From positions 39,981 to 103,980 of the forward strand of contig JAUJOR010000013.1 of NCBI GenBank assembly GCA_030447525.1: 64,000 bases of DNA, given 5' to 3'. The translations under genes and the position numbers were made by a program. Below, piece after piece: positions 9,813 through 19,927 of this stretch (the first letter of the stretch is position 1; each line of letters starts with the position of its first letter). The notes under the pieces were generated by a model, which was not told the DNA's origin, made no database searches, and was given only the letters and a program-made list of their open reading frames with translations. This DNA comes from Chloroflexota bacterium. Lineage in GTDB: Bacteria; Chloroflexota; UBA11872; UBA12225.

Positions 9813-9841
9813 TTGACCCGGGACCCGCCCTGCGCAACAAT
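9813..9841 (+). promoter_or_regulatory. Candidate promoter TTGACC-17-AACAAT upstream of the SBP gene
   Basis: Hexamers and 17-nt spacing read directly. Lies ~100 nt upstream of the ATG at 9941. Confidence 0.3.
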
Positions 9842-9940
9842 GTGCCAGGGGGCTGCGTTACCGGCCGCAGGGGGGCGACGCTGAGCGTCCCACGCGGTAC
9901 ATGTGGACTGGCGGAATGCGTCCAAGGGAGGGGCAACGCG

Positions 9941-11239
9941 ATGAAGTATCTGATGACGCGCAGGGCGATGCTGGCTGCCGGCGCCGCCGGCGGCTACGCG
10001 GCCGCGAGCGCCTGCGTCCCTGCCCAGGGCTCGGCGACCGGCCCGGGGGCGCCCGGAGGCGTCCCTGACCGGGCAGTGGTGCTGACCCATCTCAATCAGG
10101 GGACGGGACCGGCGGGGACCTTCTTCGAGTACGCCGTCGGCGTATTCCAGCAGCAATACCCCCAGGTGGGCGTGGAGTACGTCCCCAACTCCGCCCCCGG
10201 ATCGGTGATGGAGAAGTTTCTGGCTCTCTCTGCTGCCGGGACGACCCCGGACGTGGTGGTGCTGAACCCCCAGTTCGTCGAGCCGCTCCGCGCCCGGGGC
10301 ATGCTCGCCGACCTGACCCCCTACGTTCAGCGCGACGCGAAGACGTTTCGGCCGGAGGACTTCGTCGAGGCGACGCTGGTCCGCGCCATGCGCGGAGGCA
10401 GATGGCACGCCATCCCAGAGAACCTGGGCCTCTGGTTCCTGATCTACAATACCAGCGCCTTCCAGCAGGTGGGGGCCGGCCCGCCCGACGCCTCCTGGAC
10501 GTGGGACCGGCTCGTCGACGTGGTGCGCCAGAGCATGGCACGTGATACCAACGTCCTGGGCATGAGTATGCCCCCCTACGAGCTCCCGGTGCGGGCCAAC
10601 GGCGGGGATATCTTGAGCAAGGATGAAAAGCGGTGCCTCCTGGATCAACCGGCGGCCGTGGAGGCCATCCAATGGCTGGGGGACCTCCGCCAGCGGCACC
10701 GTGTCGTCCCCGGTCCGGAGGAGATGGGCGGGCAAGCCGTTCGCCAGCTGTTCGACACCGGGCGGCTGGTCGTTCACGTCGCCGATCCCGGCTTCCTCAG
10801 CACCACGCAGCGCCAGCAGGTGAACTTTGCCTGGGACATCGCCACCCTTCCCAGAGGGGATGCCGCCCGCGTGAGCACGGTCAAAGGGCCCAGCGTCTCC
10901 CTGGCCTCCGAGGGCAAGGAGCGAGACACCGCCTGGGCCTGGGTGGCCCACTTCATGGGCCCGGAGATGCAGCGCTACCGGGCTGTTGAGACGCTGTCCT
11001 TGACCGCCCGGCACAGCGGCTTGAAGGCCTATCTGGAGACGGTGCAAGGCTTCAGCAAGGAGGTGCTCCTCGACGTCGCTGCAATCGCCCGTCCCATGCC
11101 CTACGTCGCCGGCTACGACGAGATGGCCAGGGAGATCAACGCCGGCCTGGCTCTGGTCTACAGCGGCCAGCAGCCCGCCCGCACGGCCATGGCCGAGGTC
11201 GCCCGCAAGGTGAACGCCATCCTGAGCGCCGGCGGATGA
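9941..11239 (+). CDS. ABC-transporter sugar-type substrate-binding lipoprotein
   Basis: Start MKYLMTRRAMLAAGAAGGYAAASAC (Tat-like RR plus lipobox), preceded by GGGAGGGG. Family-1 SBP features throughout (PDVVVLNP..., ...YNTSAF...). Confidence 0.85.
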   Translation: MKYLMTRRAMLAAGAAGGYAAASACVPAQGSATGPGAPGGVPDRAVVLTHLNQGTGPAGTFFEYAVGVFQQQYPQVGVEYVPNSAPGSVMEKFLALSAAGTTPDVVVLNPQFVEPLRARGMLADLTPYVQRDAKTFRPEDFVEATLVRAMRGGRWHAIPENLGLWFLIYNTSAFQQVGAGPPDASWTWDRLVDVVRQSMARDTNVLGMSMPPYELPVRANGGDILSKDEKRCLLDQPAAVEAIQWLGDLRQRHRVVPGPEEMGGQAVRQLFDTGRLVVHVADPGFLSTTQRQQVNFAWDIATLPRGDAARVSTVKGPSVSLASEGKERDTAWAWVAHFMGPEMQRYRAVETLSLTARHSGLKAYLETVQGFSKEVLLDVAAIARPMPYVAGYDEMAREINAGLALVYSGQQPARTAMAEVARKVNAILSAGG

Positions 11240-11340
11240 CGATCCCGAGCGGGCCCGGACGGCGTGTACGGATGCATGGTGGAGCCTGACGCGGACAGGG
11301 TACGAAGACGGCGCGCGCTGCTCTGCGGACGGTCTCCCTG

Positions 11341-12954
11341 ATGAAACAAGAGCTGGACACGGACATCCTGATTGTCGGCGGTGGCACCGGCGGCTGCGCC
11401 GCCGCCATGGGGGCTGCCTCGCTCGGCCGGCGCGTGGTCATGACCGAGGAGACTGACTGGATCGGTGGCCAGCTGACGGCGCAGGCGGTGCCACCGGACG
11501 AGCATCGCTGGATAGAGAGCCACGGCTGCACGCGCCGCTATCGCCGATACCGCGACCTGGTGCGCGAGTACTACCGGCAGCATTATCCCCTCACCCCCCA
11601 CGCCCGAGCGAACCCCACGCTCAACCCGGGGCTCGGCGGCGTCTCCCGGTTGTGCCATGAGTTCCGTGTCGGCCTGGCGGCCATCGAACAGCAGCTTGCC
11701 TACGCTCGCGCCCGGGGCACCGTGGAGGTGCGACTGAAGACCAGGGCCGTTGGTGCCGAGGTAGACGGCGACTGGGTGCGGGCGGTGCGCTTGCGCAGCC
11801 TGGAAACCGGCGCCGAGACGGTCGTCACCGCCCGCTACGTCCTGGATGCGACCGAGCTGGGCGATCTGCTGCCCCTGGTAGGGGCGGAATATGTGTCCGG
11901 CGCGGAGAGCCAGGCCGAGACCGGCGAGCCGCATGCGGTAGAGGGACCCGCTCAGCCGGAGAACGTGCAGGGCATTGCCTGGTGCTTCCCCATGGCCTAC
12001 GATCCCGCACCGGGCGCAGACCACGTCATCGAGAAGCCGGCGCAGTACGAGCGCTGGCGCGACTACCACCCCCAGACCCGCCCGCCGCTGCCCGGGCGCC
12101 TGCTGGACTGGACGCACCCCCACCACATCACGCGCCGGCCGCGCCGGCGCGTCCTCTTCCCTCACGAGGAGGAGGCACCCGGCCAGGCGCTATGGCTCTA
12201 CCGGCGGATCATCTGCCGGGACCACTACCCGGCGGAGCTGGCGCCCCACGAGGTGACCCTGGTCAACTGGCCGCAGAACGACTACTTCGAGGGCACCCTG
12301 ATCGACTGCCCCAAGGATGAAGCGCGCCGCTCGCTCCAGGAGGCGCGCCAGCTCTCGCTCAGCCTGCTGTACTGGCTGCAGACGGACGCCCCGCGTCCGG
12401 ACGGCGGCACAGGCTATCCCGGCCTGTATCTCCGTCCAGACCTGGTGGGTACGGAAGACGGGCTGGCCAAGTACCCGTATATCCGTGAGAGCCGGCGAAT
12501 CAGGGCCGCCTTTACCGTGACCGAGAACCACGTCGGCGCCGCCGCGAGGGGGATTGGACGCGGGCAGCCTGGCGAGGGCGAGCCCTTCCCGGACAGTGTC
12601 GGCCTGGGGTGCTACCGCATCGACCTCCATCCCTCTACCGCCCACGACAACTACATTGATATCGACTCGCTGCCGTTCCGCATCCCGCTGGGGGCCTTGC
12701 TCCCGGTACGCCTGCGCAATCTCCTGCCGGCCTGCAAGAATCTGGGCGTGACCCACATCACCAACGGCTGCTACCGGCTGCACCCGGTGGAGTGGAACAT
12801 CGGCGAGGCAGCCGGGCTCCTGGCGGGGCACTGCCTGCAGCAGGGCCTGGAGCCCCACCAGGTGCGCGAGGACCCGGCCAGGCTCAAGGACTTCCAGGCC
12901 CTCTGCGTCGCCCAGGGCCTGGAGCTGGAGTGGCCGCAGACACACGCGGTGTAG
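11341..12954 (+). CDS. FAD-dependent oxidoreductase (FAD_oxidored-type)
   Basis: 537 aa. N-terminal dinucleotide-binding motif DILIVGGGTGGCAAAMGAA...GRRVVMTEETDWIGGQ. Confidence 0.8.
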   Translation: MKQELDTDILIVGGGTGGCAAAMGAASLGRRVVMTEETDWIGGQLTAQAVPPDEHRWIESHGCTRRYRRYRDLVREYYRQHYPLTPHARANPTLNPGLGGVSRLCHEFRVGLAAIEQQLAYARARGTVEVRLKTRAVGAEVDGDWVRAVRLRSLETGAETVVTARYVLDATELGDLLPLVGAEYVSGAESQAETGEPHAVEGPAQPENVQGIAWCFPMAYDPAPGADHVIEKPAQYERWRDYHPQTRPPLPGRLLDWTHPHHITRRPRRRVLFPHEEEAPGQALWLYRRIICRDHYPAELAPHEVTLVNWPQNDYFEGTLIDCPKDEARRSLQEARQLSLSLLYWLQTDAPRPDGGTGYPGLYLRPDLVGTEDGLAKYPYIRESRRIRAAFTVTENHVGAAARGIGRGQPGEGEPFPDSVGLGCYRIDLHPSTAHDNYIDIDSLPFRIPLGALLPVRLRNLLPACKNLGVTHITNGCYRLHPVEWNIGEAAGLLAGHCLQQGLEPHQVREDPARLKDFQALCVAQGLELEWPQTHAV

Positions 12955-12983
12955 CGGCACAGCGACTGACCCTGAAGGACACG

Positions 12984-14525
12984 ATGTCTGAGCCGGGGAA
13001 CACGAGCGAGAGGCGCGAGACGCGCCCCACCAACCTGCTGTTCATCTGCTCGGACGAGCACTCGCGCCGCTATCTGGGCTGCTACGGCAATGCGCTGGTG
13101 CGCACGCCGCACCTGGATGCCCTCGCGGCGCGCGGCACCCGCTTTCTGAACGCCTACACCAATACCCCCATCTGCGTCCCGGCGCGCGCCTGCCTGGCCA
13201 CCGGACGCTACGCCCACCGCATCGGTTCCTGGGACAACGCCACGCCGTACGTCGGCACCGAGGCCCCCAGCTGGGGCCACCGCCTGACGGGGCAGGGGCA
13301 TGGCGTGACCACCATCGGCAAGCTCCACTACCGCCGCGCGGACGACCCCTCCGGCTTTCCCGATCAGCGCCTGCCGATGCACGTCCTCGGGGGCGTCGGG
13401 GACCTGTACGGCCTGCTGCGGGGGGAGATGCCGGTGCGCCCCCAGAGTCGCCACCATGTGACCGAGGCCGCGCCCGGCGAGTCCGAGTACACGCGCTATG
13501 ACGTGGCCATCGCCGACGAAGCGGTGCGCTGGCTGCGCCAGGCGGGCTCCGGCCGGGAAGGACGAGGGGCGCAGGGGGGGCCCGGAGCGCAGGGCAAGCC
13601 CTGGGCCTTGTTCGTCTCATTCGTGGAGCCGCACTTCCCCCTCCAGGCCCCCGCCGAGTACATCCAGCTGTACCCGCCGCAGTCCCTGCCCCTGCCGCTG
13701 AACTGGCGGCCGGAGGACTGGCCTCGCCATCCGGTGATCGAGGCCAAGCGCCGGCAGCAGGCCCTGGACGAGCCGATCGACGAGGCGTCGGTGCGCCGGG
13801 CCCTGTCGACCTACTGCGCCATGGTCACGTTCCTGGACGACCAGATCGGCAAAGTCCTGACGGCGCTACGAGAGGCGGGGCTCGAAGACACGACGCGCGT
13901 CATCTACACCACCGACCACGGGGACATGATGGGGGAGCAGGGGCTGTGGTGGAAGAGCGTCATGTACGAGGGCGCCTGCGCCCTGCCGCTCCTGCTTGCC
14001 GGGCCCGACGTGCCCGCCGGGAAGGCGGTGACGACGCTGGTCAGCCTGGTGGACTGCTTCCCCACCATCGTCGAGGCGGTGGGGGCGGACTTGGCCCCGG
14101 AAGACAGGGACCTGGACGGGACCTCACTGCTCCACATCGCCCGGCAACCGGACGCCGACCGCACCGTGCTGAGCGAGTACCATGCCATCTTCTCCCCCAG
14201 CGCCATGTTCATGCTGCGCCAGGGGCGCTACAAATACGTCGAGTACGTCGGGTACCCCCCGCAGCTCTTCGACCTGGAGGCGGACCCGGACGAGCTGTGC
14301 GACCTGGCGGCCGACCCCGGGCACGGCACGACCATCGCCGCCTGCGCCGCCGCCCTGCGCCGCGTGCTGGCCCCCCAGACGCCGGAAGGGGTCGACGCCC
14401 GAGCCAAGGCCGACCAGCGCCGGCGGATCGAGGCGGCGGGTGGCGTGGGGGCCGTGCTGGCCGGGGGCGTCAAGATCCCGTACACCCCCGCGCCTATCAC
14501 CTTCCAGCCCCATCCCGGCGGCTAA
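12984..14525 (+). CDS. Sulfatase (Cys-type formylglycine motif), no signal peptide
   Basis: NLLFICSDEH, and the CxPxR motif in TPICVPARACLATGRY. TTDHGDMMGEQGLWWK near the C-terminal half. ATG at 12984, inside the longer listed ORF. Confidence 0.9.
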   Translation: MSEPGNTSERRETRPTNLLFICSDEHSRRYLGCYGNALVRTPHLDALAARGTRFLNAYTNTPICVPARACLATGRYAHRIGSWDNATPYVGTEAPSWGHRLTGQGHGVTTIGKLHYRRADDPSGFPDQRLPMHVLGGVGDLYGLLRGEMPVRPQSRHHVTEAAPGESEYTRYDVAIADEAVRWLRQAGSGREGRGAQGGPGAQGKPWALFVSFVEPHFPLQAPAEYIQLYPPQSLPLPLNWRPEDWPRHPVIEAKRRQQALDEPIDEASVRRALSTYCAMVTFLDDQIGKVLTALREAGLEDTTRVIYTTDHGDMMGEQGLWWKSVMYEGACALPLLLAGPDVPAGKAVTTLVSLVDCFPTIVEAVGADLAPEDRDLDGTSLLHIARQPDADRTVLSEYHAIFSPSAMFMLRQGRYKYVEYVGYPPQLFDLEADPDELCDLAADPGHGTTIAACAAALRRVLAPQTPEGVDARAKADQRRRIEAAGGVGAVLAGGVKIPYTPAPITFQPHPGG

Positions 14526-14816
14526 TCGACCTGCGCTCCGGATACTCCTTCTTACCCTCCCTTACCACTACTACAGCAACGAGACGTCAGCGCAAGCGCT
14601 GAGCGCGGCGAAGGTGCCATTCCGCCGGCCGAGCAAACGGATGCTTCGCTCCCCTCAGCATGACTCCAGGGGACACCTGTGGAAGGGGCCCTGAAGGCAG
14701 AGAGATCGCCAGCGGGTCCCCTTCGGCACTCCCAATGCATCGGGCGGCTTTCTGGTGCTCGGCGACCCGGAGCTATCAACGTTGCAGAGGCCATCGACGC
14801 CCGTGCGGGTAGCGGT

Positions 14817-15860
14817 CTATGAGGTGGTGACTCGCTCAATGGGGACGCTGCGCCTCGTGCGGGCGGATTCGTAGGCCGCCTCCACGATCTGGACGGAGAA
14901 CAGGGCGTCCACCAGCGGAATGCGCGGTGCCGTGCGTCCGAGGATCACGTCGACGAAGTGGTCGGTGGTGGTCTGGCCTGCGGGTAGCGCTTCGTCGTCA
15001 ACGACTTCAGCGGCCCCCCCTTGCCGGTTATGGCGTACTACCCAGCCGCGCCGGCCGCGAATGCGCTCCACCAGCACGCGCCCCTCGCTGCCGTGGACGG
15101 CCATCTCGTCCACCGGGGGGCTGCCGTGGCGCAGGGCGGCCATCTGACCCAGGGCCCCACCGGCGAAGGCGATGGACACCGTGGCCCCGTCGTCAACCGG
15201 ACCGGCCCCGCCGGTGAGGACTGCCGCGACGGTGGCCGGGCGCCAGCCTGTCAGCCAGGGCATCAGGGCGGCCATATGGGTGCCGCGCCCGACGAGGGGC
15301 CCGCCCCCGCTCAGCGCCGGGTCGGCGTAGAAGCCACCCGTGGCGTAACCGACCTGGAGGCTACGCCCGAACAGCGGCTGGCCCAAGGCGCCGGAACGGA
15401 TCAGGTCGCGGGCGTAGAGATTGGCCGAATCGAGGTGCCGGTTGAGCGCCACCAGCAAGACACGCCCGCGTTCCTCCGCCAGCCGGATCAGATCGCGCGC
15501 CTCCGCGCTGCGTAGCACGAACGGCTTATCTACCAGGACGTGCAGGCCCCTCTCCAGCGCGTCGCGCACGTGGGTGGCGTGCAGCGCGTGCGGGCTGCTG
15601 ACGGTGACCGCGTCCAGCTCCTCGGCGTCCAGCATGGCGCGGTGATCGCGGAAGGTGTGCTCCCGTCCCACGCCCGTGGCCTCCGCCACGGCATCCAGGC
15701 GTTCGGGCGAGGCGTCGCAGATGGCCTGGATGCGTGCGCTGGCGTTGGCCAGCAGGTGCGGCACGTGATAGGAGGAGGCGTAATGCCCTGCCCCGATGAC
15801 GCCTACCCGGAGGTGGCGCGCTTCCCTTGTCCGGTGTGGCTCCCGTGTCTCTTGCGTCAC
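14817..15860 (-). CDS. Gfo/Idh/MocA-family NAD(P)-dependent oxidoreductase
   Basis: LRVGVIGAGHYASSYHVPHL, ...VDKPF... Its start abuts the stop of the upstream SBP gene (15861). Confidence 0.9.
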   Translation of the reverse strand: MTQETREPHRTREARHLRVGVIGAGHYASSYHVPHLLANASARIQAICDASPERLDAVAEATGVGREHTFRDHRAMLDAEELDAVTVSSPHALHATHVRDALERGLHVLVDKPFVLRSAEARDLIRLAEERGRVLLVALNRHLDSANLYARDLIRSGALGQPLFGRSLQVGYATGGFYADPALSGGGPLVGRGTHMAALMPWLTGWRPATVAAVLTGGAGPVDDGATVSIAFAGGALGQMAALRHGSPPVDEMAVHGSEGRVLVERIRGRRGWVVRHNRQGGAAEVVDDEALPAGQTTTDHFVDVILGRTAPRIPLVDALFSVQIVEAAYESARTRRSVPIERVTTS

Positions 15861-17270
15861 CTATTTGCCGTCCTTGCCGAAGGACTGCCCCGAGGCCAGC
15901 AGCGGGTCGCCCAGCCGCTTTGCTTCGGAGACCGCCTCGCGTACGCCGGCCTTGCCGGCCATGATCGACTCGATCGCCCGGTTGAGCACGGCTTCCACCT
16001 CGAACCAGTTGCTGACCATGGGGGCTGGACTGGCGTTGTCGGCGGCGTCGAGGAAGACGCGCCGGTTGCGCGGTGGCTGCGTCGGATCGAGAAACGCCTC
16101 GGAGCGCGCTACGGAGCGCCGGGTGGGCATCTGCCCCTCGCGTGCCCCGATCTCCAGGGACGCCTTGCCCCCCAGGTGTTTGAGCAGCGCCCAGGCCTCC
16201 TCCCGGTTCCTGGCCGGCGCCGCCCCGGCGAACCCGGCGCCGCCGGCCACGCTGTGGCGGCGCGTCTTGCCCCGAGGGCTGGCGCCGACGTCGAAAGCCA
16301 GGTCCCTTGCCGAGGACCGCAGCTGGTTGACGAAGTTGCTCCCCGTATGGTGCATCCCCAGGCGGGCCTTGAAGAAGAGGTTGTTCGCCCCCCCGGCGGC
16401 CGTGAGCTCGTCGTTCGTCGGCGAGACCTGGTGCTTGAGCACCGCGTCCGCCAGGAACTGGAGCGTGTCGAGCGCCGCCGGCTCGTCCAGCGTGATCCGG
16501 CGCAGGTCCCGGCTGACCACGTCCGCGCCGTTAGACCACAGGAACGGCAGCGTCCAGTTGGTGTTCGCCTGCACCAGCAGGCCATAGCGCTCATTGCCTG
16601 TCGGGCCACGGTCGGTCAGTCGCCTGGCTGTGTCCAGTAGGGCGCTGTGGTCAAAGCCGGAGCTCCGCCAGTCGGCGGGCGGCGAGGTCGCACCGGTCTG
16701 GCGGAAGAGCTCCTCGCTCCAGTAGGTGGCGAAGACGTTCAGGTCATTGGGCATGACCAGGAGCTTGCCCCCAAAGCTGTTGAAGTCCAGGGCCACGTTG
16801 TAATAGTCATCCAGGTCGAGCTTGTCCCGCCTGGCCAGCGGGCCCAGCTCGAAAAACCGCCCCGCCGGCGCGAAGACACCAAAGCTGTATCCCGATCCCG
16901 GCGCCGCCGATACGTGCATCACATCCGGCGGCGCGTCGCCGGCAAAGAGCGCCGTCAACCGCTCGCGGTACGCCGCGCCCCCTGGGAGCGCTACTTCATT
17001 CACCTGCACACCCGGCGTCTCTTGCTGGAACAGGGCGATGCGCCGCTTGACGTTGTCCTGCTGCGCCGCCGGGTAGAAGTGCGTCAGCGTCAACGTGACG
17101 CCGCTCCGGAGTGCGCCCGGCTTCGTCTCGCCCCCTGCTTCCGGCCGCGGGGCGCATGCCGCCCCGGCGACCCCACCGAGCGCGGCCCCAATACCCCTGG
17201 CCAGCACCCCCCGGCGTGTGAACCGGCCGGGAGATTTCAGATGCCCTTGCGCCGTGCCCTTCGTGGCCAT
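15861..17270 (-). CDS. ABC-transporter substrate-binding lipoprotein
   Basis: MATKG...FTRRGVLARGIGAALGGVAGAAC (Tat-like plus lipobox). Family-1 SBP body. The start at 17270 was chosen over upstream Met codons that overlap the preceding gene. Confidence 0.85.
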   Translation of the reverse strand: MATKGTAQGHLKSPGRFTRRGVLARGIGAALGGVAGAACAPRPEAGGETKPGALRSGVTLTLTHFYPAAQQDNVKRRIALFQQETPGVQVNEVALPGGAAYRERLTALFAGDAPPDVMHVSAAPGSGYSFGVFAPAGRFFELGPLARRDKLDLDDYYNVALDFNSFGGKLLVMPNDLNVFATYWSEELFRQTGATSPPADWRSSGFDHSALLDTARRLTDRGPTGNERYGLLVQANTNWTLPFLWSNGADVVSRDLRRITLDEPAALDTLQFLADAVLKHQVSPTNDELTAAGGANNLFFKARLGMHHTGSNFVNQLRSSARDLAFDVGASPRGKTRRHSVAGGAGFAGAAPARNREEAWALLKHLGGKASLEIGAREGQMPTRRSVARSEAFLDPTQPPRNRRVFLDAADNASPAPMVSNWFEVEAVLNRAIESIMAGKAGVREAVSEAKRLGDPLLASGQSFGKDGK

Positions 17271-17335
17271 GGGCCCCTCCAGTGTGCGCCCCCGTCGTTG
17301 GCCAGGCCGATGGACTGAGGCGTCGCCGGCTGGCG

Positions 17336-18535
17336 TCATGCTCCGCCCACCGGGCGCCCGGCGTCCCAGGGGAGGATCCACTCTTCCTCGATCTGCAGGC
17401 CAAATCCGGGGGCGTCCGAGGGGACGAGGCAGCCGTCCTTGGGGACGGGGAGCCCGGGGAGGCGCACGACTTCCGCCAGGGGGACGCCCACGGGCGTACT
17501 GAGGTGGAACTCGGCGATGGGCGTCTCGGGCATGGCGAAGGAGAAGTGCTGCCCTTCAGGGGACATGGCGCCCCCGTGGAGGATGGTCTTCAACCCGGCG
17601 GCCTCGGCGATGTGGTAGATGCGGACGGCTTCGGTCAGGCCACCGCACCAGTGGAGGTCCGGTTGGACGACGGCGGCGCAGCGCCGCTCGATCAGCTCGC
17701 GGAAGGCGTAGCGGGTGTGGTGGTCCTCCCCGGTGGCGATGGGGATCCAGGTGACGGCGCGGGCCAGCTGGACGTGGCCGTCCAGGTCATCGGGGATGAG
17801 GGGCTCCTCGAGCCAGCGCAGCTCGTACGGTCGCAGGCGCTCGGCCAGGCGGATGGCGTACTCCACGTCAAAGGACATCACCGGGTTCCACATCAGCTCG
17901 GCGTTACGCCCCACGGTCTCCCGCGCCCTGGCGATCTTGTCTTCGACCAGGTTGATGCCCTCGATGCCGTCCTCGTAGTGGGCCGGGTTGGTGACCTTGA
18001 AGGCCTTGAAGCCGAGCTCCATCGACCAATCGAGGTCATCTCCCGTGCAGTAGCAGCGGATCTTGTCCCGCGCCGGGCCACCCAGGAGGCGATAGACGGG
18101 CTGACCGAGGAGCTTGCCCTTGAGGTCCCACAGGGCCAGGTCGACGGCGGACTGGGCGACGGCGTTGAGGCCCTGCGCCCCGTGTCGCAGGGAGGAGCGC
18201 CACATGAGGTCGTTGAGGTACTCGTGGGCAAAGGAGTCGCGCCCTTCCAGGAGGGGGGCGAAGTGATGGTCCACAAGGGCGGCCACGGGCAGGCCGGCGC
18301 CGCCGTGGCCGAGTCCCCAGGTGCCGTCCTCGGCTATGACCTGGACCCACACCGTACCGCCCCCCAGGGGCGTCCCGATGCCTGGGGACCGACCCGGTAG
18401 GCGGGGAAATTCGGGGTACTTACCCATCGGCAGGCCCCGCGGGGTGTGGCTGGCCCAGGAAGGGCGTCGAGCCGGCGTCCGGGGGGTGACCGGCGGCAGG
18501 CGCACGGAGACGGCGCGGACCTGCTTGATCTTCAT
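17336..18535 (-). CDS. Enolase-superfamily acid-sugar dehydratase, L-rhamnonate-dehydratase-like
   Basis: MKIKQVRAV..., PMGKYPEF, VDLALWDLKGKLLGQPVYRLLGG, VVQPDLHWCGGLTE. This closely parallels the E. coli YfaW/RhmD layout as I recall it. ATG at 18535. Confidence 0.85.
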   Translation of the reverse strand: MKIKQVRAVSVRLPPVTPRTPARRPSWASHTPRGLPMGKYPEFPRLPGRSPGIGTPLGGGTVWVQVIAEDGTWGLGHGGAGLPVAALVDHHFAPLLEGRDSFAHEYLNDLMWRSSLRHGAQGLNAVAQSAVDLALWDLKGKLLGQPVYRLLGGPARDKIRCYCTGDDLDWSMELGFKAFKVTNPAHYEDGIEGINLVEDKIARARETVGRNAELMWNPVMSFDVEYAIRLAERLRPYELRWLEEPLIPDDLDGHVQLARAVTWIPIATGEDHHTRYAFRELIERRCAAVVQPDLHWCGGLTEAVRIYHIAEAAGLKTILHGGAMSPEGQHFSFAMPETPIAEFHLSTPVGVPLAEVVRLPGLPVPKDGCLVPSDAPGFGLQIEEEWILPWDAGRPVGGA

Positions 18536-18848
18536 CCCTTGCCGTGCCTCATCGCCCCGCCCTGGGAGCCGTTCCGGGGTAGTATCTGCCCGCCCGCACC
18601 GGGCTGTCAACCGCGCGCCGGCGCCCCGGCGTGCCTCGTGCATGGCCGGGCCTGTGCCCGGCGCGCTGCCGGCCAGGTCAGCGGATTGCCGCCCGCCGCA
18701 TCCGGCTACATACTCTGTGGCCGCCGGCCCTTCGATGCCGGGGCAGGCCGTGCACGGCGTTCCTTCGGGAGAACGGGCTGGCCGGGGTCCCTGACCGGGC
18801 CCAGGGCGTGACAGGAGGGGACCAGGGAAGTGGGGTACTGGTGGGCTA

Positions 18849-19757
18849 TTGGCGGAACGGGCCGGCGTCCGGGCCCTCAGCGTTGAGCTGCGACCGGTGA
18901 GCGCCTCGCTGGTCTACGACGCGCACGTACACGTCTACGCCGAAGATCGGGAGCGGTACCCGCAGGTTCCCGGGCGCGAGCGCCCGCTGGAGCCGAGCGG
19001 TGCGGCTGAGGCGCTGCTCGAGGCCATGGCCGGCGCCGGAGTGGGGCAGGCCCTGTTGGTGCAGACGCCCTGGCTCGGCGAGGACAACCGCTACCTGGTG
19101 GACTCGATGCGCCGCTTCCCGGGGCGCTTCGCGGCCATCGGCTGGCTGGAGGACCCACTGGTGCCGGACGCCCCCGAGCGCCTGCGGCGCCAGTACCACC
19201 AGGACGGTTTCCGCGGCCTGCGGCTGCACCTGAGCGACCCGCGGGTCATGGAGGGCCTGCGCGCCGGGGACGCCGACCACGTCTTACGCTGGGCCCGGGC
19301 GGCCGGGGTGCCGGTGCAGCTCCTCAACCGCCGCGCCAGCCACGAGGTGATCGCCGCCGTTGCGGATCGGTTCCCGGATCTCCCTCTGGTGGTCGACCAC
19401 CTGGGCCACCCGGATCCGGCGGAGGTGCCGGAATTCCCTTCCTCAGAGACCTTCTTCTCGCTCGCCCAGCGCCCCAACGTGTACGTCAAGGTCTCCATGC
19501 ACCACGCCTTCTCGCGCCGGCCGTTCCCCTGGAGCGACCTGCACGGCTACCAGCGCCGGGTGATCGACTCCTTTGGACCGCGGCGCCTGATGTGGGGCTC
19601 CAACTGGCCGATGCAGGCCCCGCAGCTGGGCTACCGGGAGCGACTGGACGCGGTGCGCCGGCATCTCCCGGCCTTCTTGGAGCTGAGCGCCGCCGACCAG
19701 GCGCTCATCCTGGGCGCCACGGCGGCTTCGCTGTGGCCCGTTCAGGACCAGCAATAG
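18849..19757 (+). CDS. Amidohydrolase_2-family metal-dependent hydrolase (sugar-lactonase type)
   Basis: LVYDAHVHVY (HxH), ...VVDHLGHPD..., ...WGSNWP... Start is uncertain (18849 or the GTG near 18897). Confidence 0.8.
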   Translation: MAERAGVRALSVELRPVSASLVYDAHVHVYAEDRERYPQVPGRERPLEPSGAAEALLEAMAGAGVGQALLVQTPWLGEDNRYLVDSMRRFPGRFAAIGWLEDPLVPDAPERLRRQYHQDGFRGLRLHLSDPRVMEGLRAGDADHVLRWARAAGVPVQLLNRRASHEVIAAVADRFPDLPLVVDHLGHPDPAEVPEFPSSETFFSLAQRPNVYVKVSMHHAFSRRPFPWSDLHGYQRRVIDSFGPRRLMWGSNWPMQAPQLGYRERLDAVRRHLPAFLELSAADQALILGATAASLWPVQDQQ

Positions 19758-19927
19758 CGCAGGGGGCCGGGTGGCGCCCGCCGCCCACCGGCCTGGCCGC
19801 TGCCCCTCTTCGTCTTCAGCTCCAGGAGCCCGAGCCTGCAGCCGCCCGCGACCCCCGACCCTCCCGGTAGCGCAGCGCTACGACCGGCGCGCCGAGATGA
19901 TCGGCCACACCAGAGCTGCCTGGCGGG

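Noticed and set aside
19758-19927. A possible bidirectional terminator between the convergent amidohydrolase and SBP genes (GGCCGG...CCGGCC).
   Set aside because: Only a 6-bp stem with no U-tract on either strand. This is not distinguishable from background GC-rich palindromes, so no terminators are called in the window.
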